Source of the DNA: Candidatus Woesebacteria bacterium
Lineage (GTDB): Bacteria > Patescibacteriota > Microgenomatia > UBA1400 > PJMF01
Length of the DNA: 64,000 bases
Reading direction: 5' to 3'
Assembly (NCBI GenBank): GCA_017999345.1
Contig: JAGNLY010000001.1
Location: 6,884-70,883, forward strand
Shown here piece after piece: positions 55,619 through 64,000 of this stretch; the first letter of the stretch is position 1; each line of letters starts with the position of its first letter. The position numbers and the translations under genes were made by a program. The notes under the pieces were generated by a model. It worked only from the letters and a program-made list of their open reading frames with translations, was not told where the DNA came from and ran no database searches.

Positions 55619-56512
55619 ATGTTAAATACTTATAGCAGCCAAAAACGTGGTTTTTTATCACTAGCTTTAACGGCATTTATTCTTGGAAATTTTGGTTTAT
55701 TAATTAGAGCATTGGCTCCAACATTTAGCGACGCTGGACAGGTGATAGCTCGTTCTTTTGTTGCAACTACGATTATTAGTTTAATTATTTTTTACAAAAA
55801 ACTAAATCCATTAAAAATCAATAAAAAACAAATTAAATATATTTTAGCTTTTTGTATTACTTTTCCATTGTCAGTTTTGGCTTTTACAATTTCTGCAAAC
55901 TCAATCAAAGTATCAAATAGTCTTTTTATGTTATTTGTCGGAAGTCTTTTTTCAACTGCCATCTACGGAAAATTTTTGTTTAAAGAAAAATTTACTTTTA
56001 AGCACATTGCATCATTAATTTTAGTTTTAATTGGTCTAACATTTTTTATCTATCCATTTTCAATACAAAGTATTTCTTTGGGATTAATTCTTGGAATTTT
56101 GGCAGGGTTATCAGAAGGCACCAGTCATACTTTAAGAAAACTTATGAGCGGAATCAAAAGAGAGGTGATTGTGTTTTATCAAAGTTTGTCGGGGGCGATA
56201 GTTGCAATATTATTTTTTCTAGTTGGTAATGAGCCACTGATTAAAGAGTTTCATTTTATTTCAATTCCAGCCGCTATTATTTTTGGTTCTCTTTTAGTTG
56301 TCATCGGATATTTGCTAGTTTATGGTTTTGAAAATTTTGATGTAAACTTGGGTACAATTATTTTAGCCACAGAATTATTTTTTGCTTTGCTAATTAATGC
56401 TATTTTCTTAAAAGAAATTCCTACGACCTATGAAATTATTGGCGGGTTATTTATTTTTTCTGGAACAGTTATTACTAGTTTGAAATTGGGCGGTAAAAAA
56501 ACTCTAAGTTAA
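55619..56512 (+). CDS. EamA/DMT-family transporter
   Basis: Ten transmembrane helices arranged as two similar halves, typical of DMT transporters. Confidence 0.6.
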   Translation: MLNTYSSQKRGFLSLALTAFILGNFGLLIRALAPTFSDAGQVIARSFVATTIISLIIFYKKLNPLKINKKQIKYILAFCITFPLSVLAFTISANSIKVSNSLFMLFVGSLFSTAIYGKFLFKEKFTFKHIASLILVLIGLTFFIYPFSIQSISLGLILGILAGLSEGTSHTLRKLMSGIKREVIVFYQSLSGAIVAILFFLVGNEPLIKEFHFISIPAAIIFGSLLVVIGYLLVYGFENFDVNLGTIILATELFFALLINAIFLKEIPTTYEIIGGLFIFSGTVITSLKLGGKKTLS

Positions 56513-56538
56513 TCAGATCAAGAGCCAATATAAACTTT

Positions 56539-57564
56539 TTATTTTTTTCCAACTGTTTTTTCTAATGTGACTTCAATTACGTGAAAAACAATTCCTGTAT
56601 ATAAGAATAATTCCATTATTTCTGCCCATTCTCTAATCAAATTATCAATTGAATATATTGGGTAGGAATAATAAATTCCTGGCAGAAAAAAGAATCCCAG
56701 AAAGTAGCTTGATGGTATCAGCCATCTCATAGCCGGTGGTAATTTAATTTTTGTTTTTTTTATCAACCACATTAACGCACCCAACATGCCAATTATTGCG
56801 TAGCCAACTTCAACGCTCCACTGGATTGATTTGAGATTATGAACTGTGGTTTCGTTTTGTGTATTATTTTCAATCAAATATTCATTTGGAGCAATATTAA
56901 AAATTCGTTGCCCCCATGAAATTTCCTCTCCAGCAAAAAAGGTGAGAGTAGAGGCAATGAGCACGACTAAGATCATTTCCCATTTAAGTAATTTCTTATG
57001 ATAAAAAATAAGTTGGCGAGCAAGTGTTAATGCTCCGATTAGTAGCACCAGCACCTGAAGATTTTCAATTAAACGATCTTCTTTAATTATTTGCAAAAAG
57101 TAATCCATTGGCCATGAGCGAACAACAATAAATATCAAAGTAGCAACAAAAGGAGTAATCAATATTATTTGATGGAAATTTTTTTTCCACCATTTATTAC
57201 TTTGAGAAAATAAGACTAGAGTTCCTAAAAACAAGCTTAGTATTCCTAATTGTTGTTGGTGAATTCTAGTAACGGCATAAACGTAATTTGTTGGAGCAAA
57301 AAAATCCCAGATTAATAAAACCATTGTTAATGTAGCTGTTGCAATAAAATTGATGCTTATTGGTAGCTGGTATTTTTTTGTTTGAAGAAACTTATTTCCT
57401 TTCAACCTTATAAATCCAAGATATATTAAAGCAATAAACAACAATGTTACGGAAGAGACTCCGGCGTAGGAAAGAGTTTTTGTATTACTACTGAAAGAAT
57501 CTGCCAACAGAGCTGCGCTAGTAATAATTGTGACTAACTTAATTAGCAATATTCTTAAATTCAT
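56539..57564 (-). CDS. Hypothetical polytopic membrane protein
   Basis: About 9 transmembrane helices. No motif recognised. Confidence 0.5.
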   Translation of the reverse strand: MNLRILLIKLVTIITSAALLADSFSSNTKTLSYAGVSSVTLLFIALIYLGFIRLKGNKFLQTKKYQLPISINFIATATLTMVLLIWDFFAPTNYVYAVTRIHQQQLGILSLFLGTLVLFSQSNKWWKKNFHQIILITPFVATLIFIVVRSWPMDYFLQIIKEDRLIENLQVLVLLIGALTLARQLIFYHKKLLKWEMILVVLIASTLTFFAGEEISWGQRIFNIAPNEYLIENNTQNETTVHNLKSIQWSVEVGYAIIGMLGALMWLIKKTKIKLPPAMRWLIPSSYFLGFFFLPGIYYSYPIYSIDNLIREWAEIMELFLYTGIVFHVIEVTLEKTVGKK

Positions 57565-57667
57565 GAGTAAGTATTATTTTTACAATTTAAATTATAGTAT
57601 TAATCGAATTTGCTTACTAGATACTTTCCATTCAAAGCTAAAATTGATACTCTTACGTATAATAAAT

Positions 57668-58825
57668 ATGATTAAAACTGAAAACCAAGAGCTTATTAGA
57701 AAATTGATGCCTCTTGAAGAAACATATTGGAGTTTGGAAAAAACTTACGGAATACCTAGTGACTCAGCTTCACGAGTAGAAAATATTTCAATTGAAAGTT
57801 CAATTAATAATTTGATGTACCCTGGCAGAAAGCCTGTTTCTTTGCGCAATGTTTATCAGCCACAAAAAGTTTTAAATGGTAAGGAAGCAGAAAATTCAAG
57901 ATTTATTTTTTCATTGGGTACTCAGCTAAATCAAGGTGGTACAGCCACAATTCATAGAGCTTTTGATAGATTGCTTGGTAAAGCAGGTATCGCAAAAGTA
58001 ATTCATCAAGATTCTTCAGCTGAATTTAGGCATAAGGTTAATGAGCAGGTTCAATTAGAAGCAGAGATAATGTCTATTCTTACTAATGATCCGTATTTAA
58101 AAAGTCATATCGTTGAGGTATGGGATGTGTCAAATGTAAGAATAAATGGAAAAGACAGCATTGTGATTTTTGAAGAATATATGGATACTGAAAAATACTT
58201 TACTCTGAATCGTACAGAAAATTATAGAAGATTAGCTGGTCCACAGAGACTGAGTTTAATTGAGCAATTATGTAAAATTGTAGACAAATTAGCTGAGTAT
58301 CAAATTTTTCATCATGATCTATCTGCCGCTAATATTTTTGTAGATCTAGAGACTTTACAAGTAAAAATTGGAGACTTCGGTACTTCAAATTTTGCATTTA
58401 ATGTTGGTAAATATGGAGTAGAGGTTAATGCAGCTTGGACGAGTCCAGAGAGGGAGTTGTATGATGGGAAAACTGAAGACCCAGGACTTGCTTCAGAAGT
58501 TTTTTCACTGACAACACTAGCATATTTTATAATCACAGGAGGCGACAGGCCATTTGTTGTGCGGAAATTGCCAAGTGAAAGATATCCTTATCTAAGTACT
58601 TCTAAAAAATTTGAAACTGGCTTTCATCCAGATTCAGGAAATGATTTGAGAGATTTGGCAAAAAATATATTTAATAAAGAACAAATTGAGCGTCTAATTA
58701 TTGTTTTTGAGAAAGGTTTAGCTTTGGATCCAGCAGAAAGATATCAATGCGGTGAGGAACTTATGAATGCAATCAATGAAGCTATTTTACCTCCTGATGA
58801 AATAATAGGATTCGTAAGAGAATAA
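57668..58825 (+). CDS. Ser/Thr protein kinase-like protein
   Basis: A catalytic loop HHDLSAANIF, a DFG motif (IGDFGTS) and an APE-like WTSPER. ATG 57668 avoids an overlap with the divergent gene. Confidence 0.7.
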   Translation: MIKTENQELIRKLMPLEETYWSLEKTYGIPSDSASRVENISIESSINNLMYPGRKPVSLRNVYQPQKVLNGKEAENSRFIFSLGTQLNQGGTATIHRAFDRLLGKAGIAKVIHQDSSAEFRHKVNEQVQLEAEIMSILTNDPYLKSHIVEVWDVSNVRINGKDSIVIFEEYMDTEKYFTLNRTENYRRLAGPQRLSLIEQLCKIVDKLAEYQIFHHDLSAANIFVDLETLQVKIGDFGTSNFAFNVGKYGVEVNAAWTSPERELYDGKTEDPGLASEVFSLTTLAYFIITGGDRPFVVRKLPSERYPYLSTSKKFETGFHPDSGNDLRDLAKNIFNKEQIERLIIVFEKGLALDPAERYQCGEELMNAINEAILPPDEIIGFVRE

Positions 58826-58889
58826 TTTTATTTTCTATGCTTTCAATTTAAGCTTAAATAATTAAAATTTCCTGTATAATTATTCTTAT

Positions 58890-59480
58890 ATGTCTCAAAC
58901 AACAAAACTATTCTTGGTCGGTATATTATGTTTCTTATTAGGTGCTGGAGCACTTTTTACTTGGTCTTCATATTCCAAAACCCAGCAAGAAAACACACAG
59001 TTGAAGGCACAATTACAACCACCAACAGCTACGCCTACGGTTGTTCCAAATAATCCAAATGAGAAAAAGATGGTAGCCGCAAGTCCAACTCCAGTCGTTG
59101 AAAATGATCAAATGGCACCAGCCACAGAAGTTGGCTCAATCACGGGAACGACTGGCTATCCATCTGAAGGAATTCCTCCTCTAGAAATTTATGCTTTTAA
59201 GGAAAGTGACTATTCTGTGTATTTTAAAATAGTTACAAAAACCAATCAACAAGCTTTTACGATTGAAGATATTACCCCAGGTGTTTACTTTGTTGTTGCT
59301 TATCCAGTCGGTGGAGAAGGTCTGACTGGAGGTTACACAAAAGCTGTTCCTTGTGGACTTTCAGTTGATTGTAAAGATCATTCTTTAATCGAGGTTGAAG
59401 TTATGGCTGGTAAAACAAAATCTGGTGTAGAAATTAAAGATTGGTATGCACCAAGTGACCAATTCCCACCAAAGCCATAG
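58890..59480 (+). CDS. Hypothetical membrane-anchored protein with a Pro/Thr-rich linker
   Basis: An N-terminal transmembrane helix, the linker PPTATPTVVPNNP, and a beta-rich C-terminal domain. Confidence 0.5.
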   Translation: MSQTTKLFLVGILCFLLGAGALFTWSSYSKTQQENTQLKAQLQPPTATPTVVPNNPNEKKMVAASPTPVVENDQMAPATEVGSITGTTGYPSEGIPPLEIYAFKESDYSVYFKIVTKTNQQAFTIEDITPGVYFVVAYPVGGEGLTGGYTKAVPCGLSVDCKDHSLIEVEVMAGKTKSGVEIKDWYAPSDQFPPKP

Positions 59481-59558
59481 GGTATATATTTGCTTAAGTT
59501 AGCCAAGTTCTTTGCCCACATTTTAGTCTGAATAAGACAAAAATTCTCGCATGATTTC

Positions 59559-59587
59559 TTGACATCCTATAACACTTGATGTATATT
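59559..59587 (+). promoter_or_regulatory. Near-consensus sigma70 promoter
   Basis: TTGACA, a 17-nt spacer, then TATATT. The next plus-strand gene is the Flp-like pilin about 245 nt downstream. Confidence 0.45.
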
Positions 59588-59833
59588 AGATGTGTACTTT
59601 AAAATCATGCTAATATTGATTTTTATTAAAAATTAATCAAATTTTTGTTACTGCAACAATCTTTTTTGATCGAATCTAATAAAGTGAAATTTTAGCAGCT
59701 TATAATCCAACCACTTCTTTAAAATCAATTGTGGGTTTAACTGTTGGCTCAAGCAAAATTGTTTGAGCTGGCTAAAAGCCCACATTTGTTCGTTTCTCCC
59801 CCAAGACGGGTGGAGAAACAAGGAGTTTGTCTC

Positions 59834-59992
59834 ATGTTATTCGCACCGAAGGAAAAAGGTCAAGGTTTGCAGGAGTATCTGATTCTTCTCGCACTCATCG
59901 CTATCTTTGCGATCCTGGTCTTTACCGCCTATGGCGGCGAAATCAAGGAATTGTTCGAGAAAATAAAAAATTCTATGAATGGGGTTTTATAA
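59834..59992 (+). CDS. flp: Flp/Fap-type pilin (type IVb/Tad prepilin), 52 aa
   Basis: AAGGAG lies 8 nt upstream of the ATG. MLFAPKEKG-QGLQEYLILLALIAIFAILV matches the Flp G/xxxxEY motif plus a hydrophobic helix. The track's start at 59744 is an N-terminal extension. Confidence 0.65.
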   Translation: MLFAPKEKGQGLQEYLILLALIAIFAILVFTAYGGEIKELFEKIKNSMNGVL

Positions 59993-60008
59993 GAATTGAA
60001 GTACAAAA

Positions 60009-60035
60009 TGCCGTTCTGAAAAGGACGGCATTTTT
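60009..60035 (+). terminator. Rho-independent terminator after the flp-like gene
   Basis: TGCCGTTCtgaaaaGGACGGCATTTTT. Confidence 0.7.
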
Positions 60036-60098
60036 GCGTCTCAAAGAAAAAATTTTATGGAAAATATTGATATTTTTTAGTTTGTGAGCCATTATAAT

Positions 60099-60950
60099 TT
60101 AATCTGAAATTTTATATGGCACGTGGTGTTTGAAGTCTTGAGCTTTCACCCACTCAAGCACTTTTTCCACAGTCGGTGGCGAAACACCAACAACATCAAG
60201 TTTATTCACACTTTGCTCAAAAACTTGAAATAAAACTTGGTCAGCTTCTTGATAGGTGAAGCCAAATTGTTGCTCGTCGGTTTGGTCTTGCCACAAACCA
60301 GCGCTTGGTTTTTTATCAAGAAATATTGATGGCAAATTCAAATACTCTACAAGTTGCCTAACTTGAGTTTTATAAAAATTTAAAATTGGTTCAACGTCAG
60401 ATGCTTCATCACCAAATCTAGTGAAATATCCAAGAAAATTTTCTGATTTATTTTCAGTGCCACAAACTAGAGCATGGTTTTTTTTCGCAATGTCATAGAC
60501 TACAATCATGCGGATTCTTGCCATGACGTTGCCTTTTCTAAGTGCGTTTTCGTTTGCAGCGACAAACTTATCGTCGTTTTCGCCACTGTGCGCATCAACG
60601 CCTCCAGTTTGAAGATTATCTCCACTATCAATTCCAATTGTTGAAACCAAAAGATCGGTGGTTTGATCAATCGCCACTTCAACCCATTGCTCTTCAGCGA
60701 TCTTATTCCATTTGCAAATTTCTTTGGCATCTGACATATCTTGATTTTTATATGGCAAAAACACAGGAATAATATTTTCAGGTCCAACTGCTTTAGTTAA
60801 AAGCGAAAGTGAAAGAGCAGAGTCAATTCCACCAGACACAGCAATCACAGCTTTTCTTGCACCGACTTTATCATAAGTTTGTTTGAGAAACTCAACAGTT
60901 TCTTCAATTATTTGCTGGGGATTTTCAATTATCAGTGACATAGGGATCAA
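60099..60950 (-). CDS. nadE: NH3-dependent NAD+ synthetase
   Basis: The PP-loop AVSGGIDSALS and the NadE C-terminal blocks. It overlaps nadD by 4 nt. Confidence 0.85.
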   Translation of the reverse strand: MIPMSLIIENPQQIIEETVEFLKQTYDKVGARKAVIAVSGGIDSALSLSLLTKAVGPENIIPVFLPYKNQDMSDAKEICKWNKIAEEQWVEVAIDQTTDLLVSTIGIDSGDNLQTGGVDAHSGENDDKFVAANENALRKGNVMARIRMIVVYDIAKKNHALVCGTENKSENFLGYFTRFGDEASDVEPILNFYKTQVRQLVEYLNLPSIFLDKKPSAGLWQDQTDEQQFGFTYQEADQVLFQVFEQSVNKLDVVGVSPPTVEKVLEWVKAQDFKHHVPYKISD

Positions 60951-61504
60951 TTATACAATGAGTGGGTTTTTATATATTCTTGAATTTCTGGCAGCACTAA
61001 TTCAGAAATATCGCTATTTTGAGCGACAGTATTTCTAATTTGGGTAGAGGAGACAACAACTTCATCAATGTCGGCAAGAATTTTCATTTTAGGATCTGCA
61101 TTTTTAGTTGAAAATCCAGCGCGTGGATAAACATAGACATCAAATTTTGATAATAGTTCTTCATAACGATGCCATTTATGAAATTTTTCTACGTTGTCAG
61201 AACCAATGATCCAAGAAAATTTGTGGTGAGGATATTTTTTTGATAAGGCTTCAAGTGTGTCGATGCTATAACTTGGCTTGTGGCTTGATAGTTCAAAATC
61301 TTCAATTTTAATATGGTCTTCAGTCATAAAAGAGAGCATTTCTAGACGATGTTGGGCTGAAGAAACTTTTTTGTGGAATGGATGCAAAAAGCAGGGGACA
61401 TACCAAACTTCTTGGGCAATTTTTGAAGCAATGACTGTGCGAGCAATTGTTAGATGACCCAAATGTGGTGGGTCAAAACCTCCACCAAAAAGCATAATGT
61501 TCAT
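60947..61504 (-). CDS. nadD: Nicotinate-nucleotide adenylyltransferase
   Basis: GGGFDPPHLGHL (the HxGH motif) and a C-terminal ISSTQIR-like VSSTQIRN. Confidence 0.85.
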   Translation of the reverse strand: MNIMLFGGGFDPPHLGHLTIARTVIASKIAQEVWYVPCFLHPFHKKVSSAQHRLEMLSFMTEDHIKIEDFELSSHKPSYSIDTLEALSKKYPHHKFSWIIGSDNVEKFHKWHRYEELLSKFDVYVYPRAGFSTKNADPKMKILADIDEVVVSSTQIRNTVAQNSDISELVLPEIQEYIKTHSLYN

Positions 61505-61593
61505 AGGGAGCTATTTTACTATAATTTTATTAAAATATTAGAATGTTTCATGAAATGTAGGGCTACTGCGCATTGTGAAAATGACAAATTAAA

Positions 61594-63927
61594 TTAGCCC
61601 GCAAAAACAGCTTCAATTTCTTTGGTGGTTTCAGCTATTAACTTTCTCATCTGAGCAACAACGCCGTCTGGTTTTTCGAGGTCTTCCGCTATTTTTAGGT
61701 AATAATTCGTGAGTTGAGTTTTAGATACTCCAGTTGTATTCCACAAATTTGCATTATTAAGTGGGGGAATATTTTCAAATTGATTGTATATTTCAAGAAC
61801 CCCTGCCTCAAATTTATCCCAGATTAATGCAAGTTTTTTATCAACCTTATCTATTTTTTTTATCTCAAAAATTTCTCTAATGAATGACGCGTTGTTATTA
61901 CTTTTTTCAAAGAATATTGAAGCAAGTTTTGCTTTCATTAGTGTTCCTAAATTTCCCAAACCTTGGAGAAGTCTTACTAAGTCCTTCTTATTTGGTGAAA
62001 AACCTCTAAATTCACATCCATAAATAATTTCAGAAGTATAGTCTGCTCTTAGTCTAGTCTGCACATTATTTCCTGTAATTTTAAATTCTGAAATGCTGAT
62101 CTTTTGATTAGATGTTAGTTTTTTTATTTGATCACTTAGTATTTCCAATGTCTTTCTTTCTGTCCATCCTGTTGTTATTAAGGCAAAATTAATAATGGAA
62201 GCGATTCTTTCAGCAACTGATTCTTCAACCTTAATTTTTCTTTCTAAAAAGTCTTCTTTCCAGCCTACTGTCGCATGAATTGGCTTTTCTTCAAGATCTA
62301 GATCATGAAAAGCTGCCTCTGCTAATTCAAAGTTTTGCCTTAAGTTGACACGAGAAGGATTTTTTAAATTGGGTCGCGTGTAATCAATTTGATATTCACC
62401 ATAAGCATCTGAGCCAATTCCATGTCCAAATATTTGTGCTTGTCCCATGTGATGTCTAAAGATGTCGTAGAGAATGTGCTTTTTTTCAGGATGTGAATTT
62501 TCCAACATTCTACCACTACTGCTGTATTGACTTATATATTTACTATTTTTAGAATCACTGGGGTTTATTTCAACTAGATCATCAAAATCAAATTTTGCCT
62601 TTTTTTTAAGTAGTTCGTGATAGTCAATTTTTTGGCGAATATGATTTAATACCGCTCCCAAAAATGGTTTGGATACCTTGTTTTTTGATAACCATGAAAT
62701 AAAACTCTTTGGTTGATCACCATTTTTGGGTATTTTTTTGATTAAGGCTATCAATTCGTCTTTAAATTTCGTGTCGTCAGATTCGTCCTTTTTTTCATTA
62801 ATAATTTTTCCAGCTAATTCAACTGTTTTTGCAAATAGATAGTTCAGATTTATAGTTAAATCATTTTCATCACGATAGATAGATAATTTTTTAAACAATT
62901 GGTTTACATCTTTTGTTTGAGCTAGCGAATCTCCCTCACTATTTCGATCTAGGTTTTCATACCAAGCATAAATAGCAGCTGTTTCAAAAGGTAACTCCCC
63001 AATTTCAAGTTCTAATCCTAGAGTAGCTCTTTTATTTATAAATGCTTGTCTGTTCTCAACACCAAGCAGTTTTTTTCTTTTATGAAGTTCTTTTTCAATA
63101 TAACTGTTTAATATTGTTGCCATTTCATCTTTTGAAAATTTTTGAACAGCTTCTTTTGTTAGCTTTGCTCTTTGTGAAAAGTTAAGGTTTCCATAATCAA
63201 GCTTCTTTTGACGGCAGTATTCTTTAAGTAATGGCTTCTTAAATAGCCAGGTTCTCCATGCTATATATCCAGCTAATCTTGCATAGTCAATATTATTTGA
63301 CTTTTTCATTTCTAATTTTTGCCAACAAGCTGCTTCTTTTCCTGAATTATCTAAACCTAAAAATGTTGTAGAATCACCTTTATTTAGTTTCGCATTATGT
63401 GTTTTGCTTGTTGATAAATCTGTAAACATATTCAACATAGGATTAATGATTTCAATTTTTTGATTAGATTTTATCTTATTGAGATCAATTTTAAGATCGT
63501 TTATCTTAAGAATCTTTTCTAATTGAGACTTAGTTAAATTTTTTGCTAATTCTTTATATAACCACTCAACATTATTTTCATTGTGTTTTATTTTATCTAA
63601 AATGCTTAAAATCATTGATTTAGCTTTTATAATTTCATCTTTTTTGTTGGTAGGAAGATATAGGATAATCGTACTAATGGTTAATTTAATTTCGTCGGTT
63701 AGTTCTTCTTTTTCCTTTAATTTAGAAATAACAGAATAATCTATGCTAAACAAGTTTGAATCTTCAATATCAATTATTTGTTTTGGTTCAGAATATTCTT
63801 TAATTCCAAGGACGCCTTTTATATATTCGTGCTTAGGGTTTTTTAAATTCTTTGCCAACGCCCTTACTCTAGTAATAAGATCTTTTGCCTTTAATGTTCC
63901 ATATAATGGAAGTTCTCTGAATGCCAT
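61594..63927 (-). CDS. Large hypothetical protein (777 aa), Lys/Glu-rich
   Basis: A single long uninterrupted ORF. Sparse motifs (TLGLELEIGE, HATVGW, YGCEFRGF) are weakly reminiscent of glutamine-synthetase-fold amidoligases. This is speculative. Confidence 0.55.
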   Translation of the reverse strand: MAFRELPLYGTLKAKDLITRVRALAKNLKNPKHEYIKGVLGIKEYSEPKQIIDIEDSNLFSIDYSVISKLKEKEELTDEIKLTISTIILYLPTNKKDEIIKAKSMILSILDKIKHNENNVEWLYKELAKNLTKSQLEKILKINDLKIDLNKIKSNQKIEIINPMLNMFTDLSTSKTHNAKLNKGDSTTFLGLDNSGKEAACWQKLEMKKSNNIDYARLAGYIAWRTWLFKKPLLKEYCRQKKLDYGNLNFSQRAKLTKEAVQKFSKDEMATILNSYIEKELHKRKKLLGVENRQAFINKRATLGLELEIGELPFETAAIYAWYENLDRNSEGDSLAQTKDVNQLFKKLSIYRDENDLTINLNYLFAKTVELAGKIINEKKDESDDTKFKDELIALIKKIPKNGDQPKSFISWLSKNKVSKPFLGAVLNHIRQKIDYHELLKKKAKFDFDDLVEINPSDSKNSKYISQYSSSGRMLENSHPEKKHILYDIFRHHMGQAQIFGHGIGSDAYGEYQIDYTRPNLKNPSRVNLRQNFELAEAAFHDLDLEEKPIHATVGWKEDFLERKIKVEESVAERIASIINFALITTGWTERKTLEILSDQIKKLTSNQKISISEFKITGNNVQTRLRADYTSEIIYGCEFRGFSPNKKDLVRLLQGLGNLGTLMKAKLASIFFEKSNNNASFIREIFEIKKIDKVDKKLALIWDKFEAGVLEIYNQFENIPPLNNANLWNTTGVSKTQLTNYYLKIAEDLEKPDGVVAQMRKLIAETTKEIEAVFAG

Positions 63928-64000
63928 AGATTTCTAGTATTGCACTATTAATTTTAAAAAACAAGATAAATTAACTACTTGACAACCTGTAATATTAGTT

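Noticed and set aside
59744-59833. N-terminal 30-residue extension of the flp-like ORF (track start 59744)
   Set aside because: It has a non-ATG start, no ribosome-binding site, and spans the leader hairpins. ATG 59834 has AAGGAG at ideal spacing and gives a canonical Flp prepilin.

Overview
This is a 64-kb, AT-rich, gene-dense bacterial window. Genes are small, there are many membrane or unknown ORFs, and TGA is used as a stop. The gene content (RNase J, ComF, ABC-F, short SufD, fused spermidine-synthase membrane protein, several NUDIX genes) fits a reduced genome of the CPR/Patescibacteria type. That placement is an inference, not a computed result.

Core content:
- A suf Fe-S operon (sufC, NUDIX, unknown, sufB, short sufD, sufS, sufU) followed by redox genes.
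- sodA, rnj, ftsK, a Lon-like AAA+ ATPase, family-4 UDG, dus, comF, nadD and nadE.
- GT4, GT2 and GT-C glycosyltransferases, a ZIP transporter, patatin, maf, GIY-YIG and a Ser/Thr kinase-like gene.

RNA genes the ORF track cannot show:
- A 417-nt tmRNA (23613-24029, minus strand).
- Seven tRNAs: Val-CAC, Arg-GCG and five tRNA-Ser genes (UGA, CGA, GGA, GCU and an unusual ACU).

The most unusual signals are non-coding:
1. A ~130-nt element found next to three tRNA-Ser genes. Its end copies the last 16-18 nt of whichever tRNA-Ser it neighbours. At tRNA-Ser(UGA) there are four nested copies of that tRNA end, bracketing a methyltransferase gene.
2. A family of about 55-65-nt palindromic intergenic elements. 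They have conserved internal-loop sequence and a covarying apical hairpin, and are concentrated around the suf operon.

Other points:
- Two paralogous 87-aa proteins lie near the tRNA-Ser loci.
- Two tiny, fully equipped ORFs lie downstream of the tmRNA.
- A PIG-L/LmbE deacetylase gene is frameshifted.
- An orphan GC-rich Flp-type pilin has a structured leader.
- Several genes are richer in G+C than their surroundings.

No CRISPR array, transposase, integrase or rRNA was seen. All family calls come from motifs read by eye. No database search was run.
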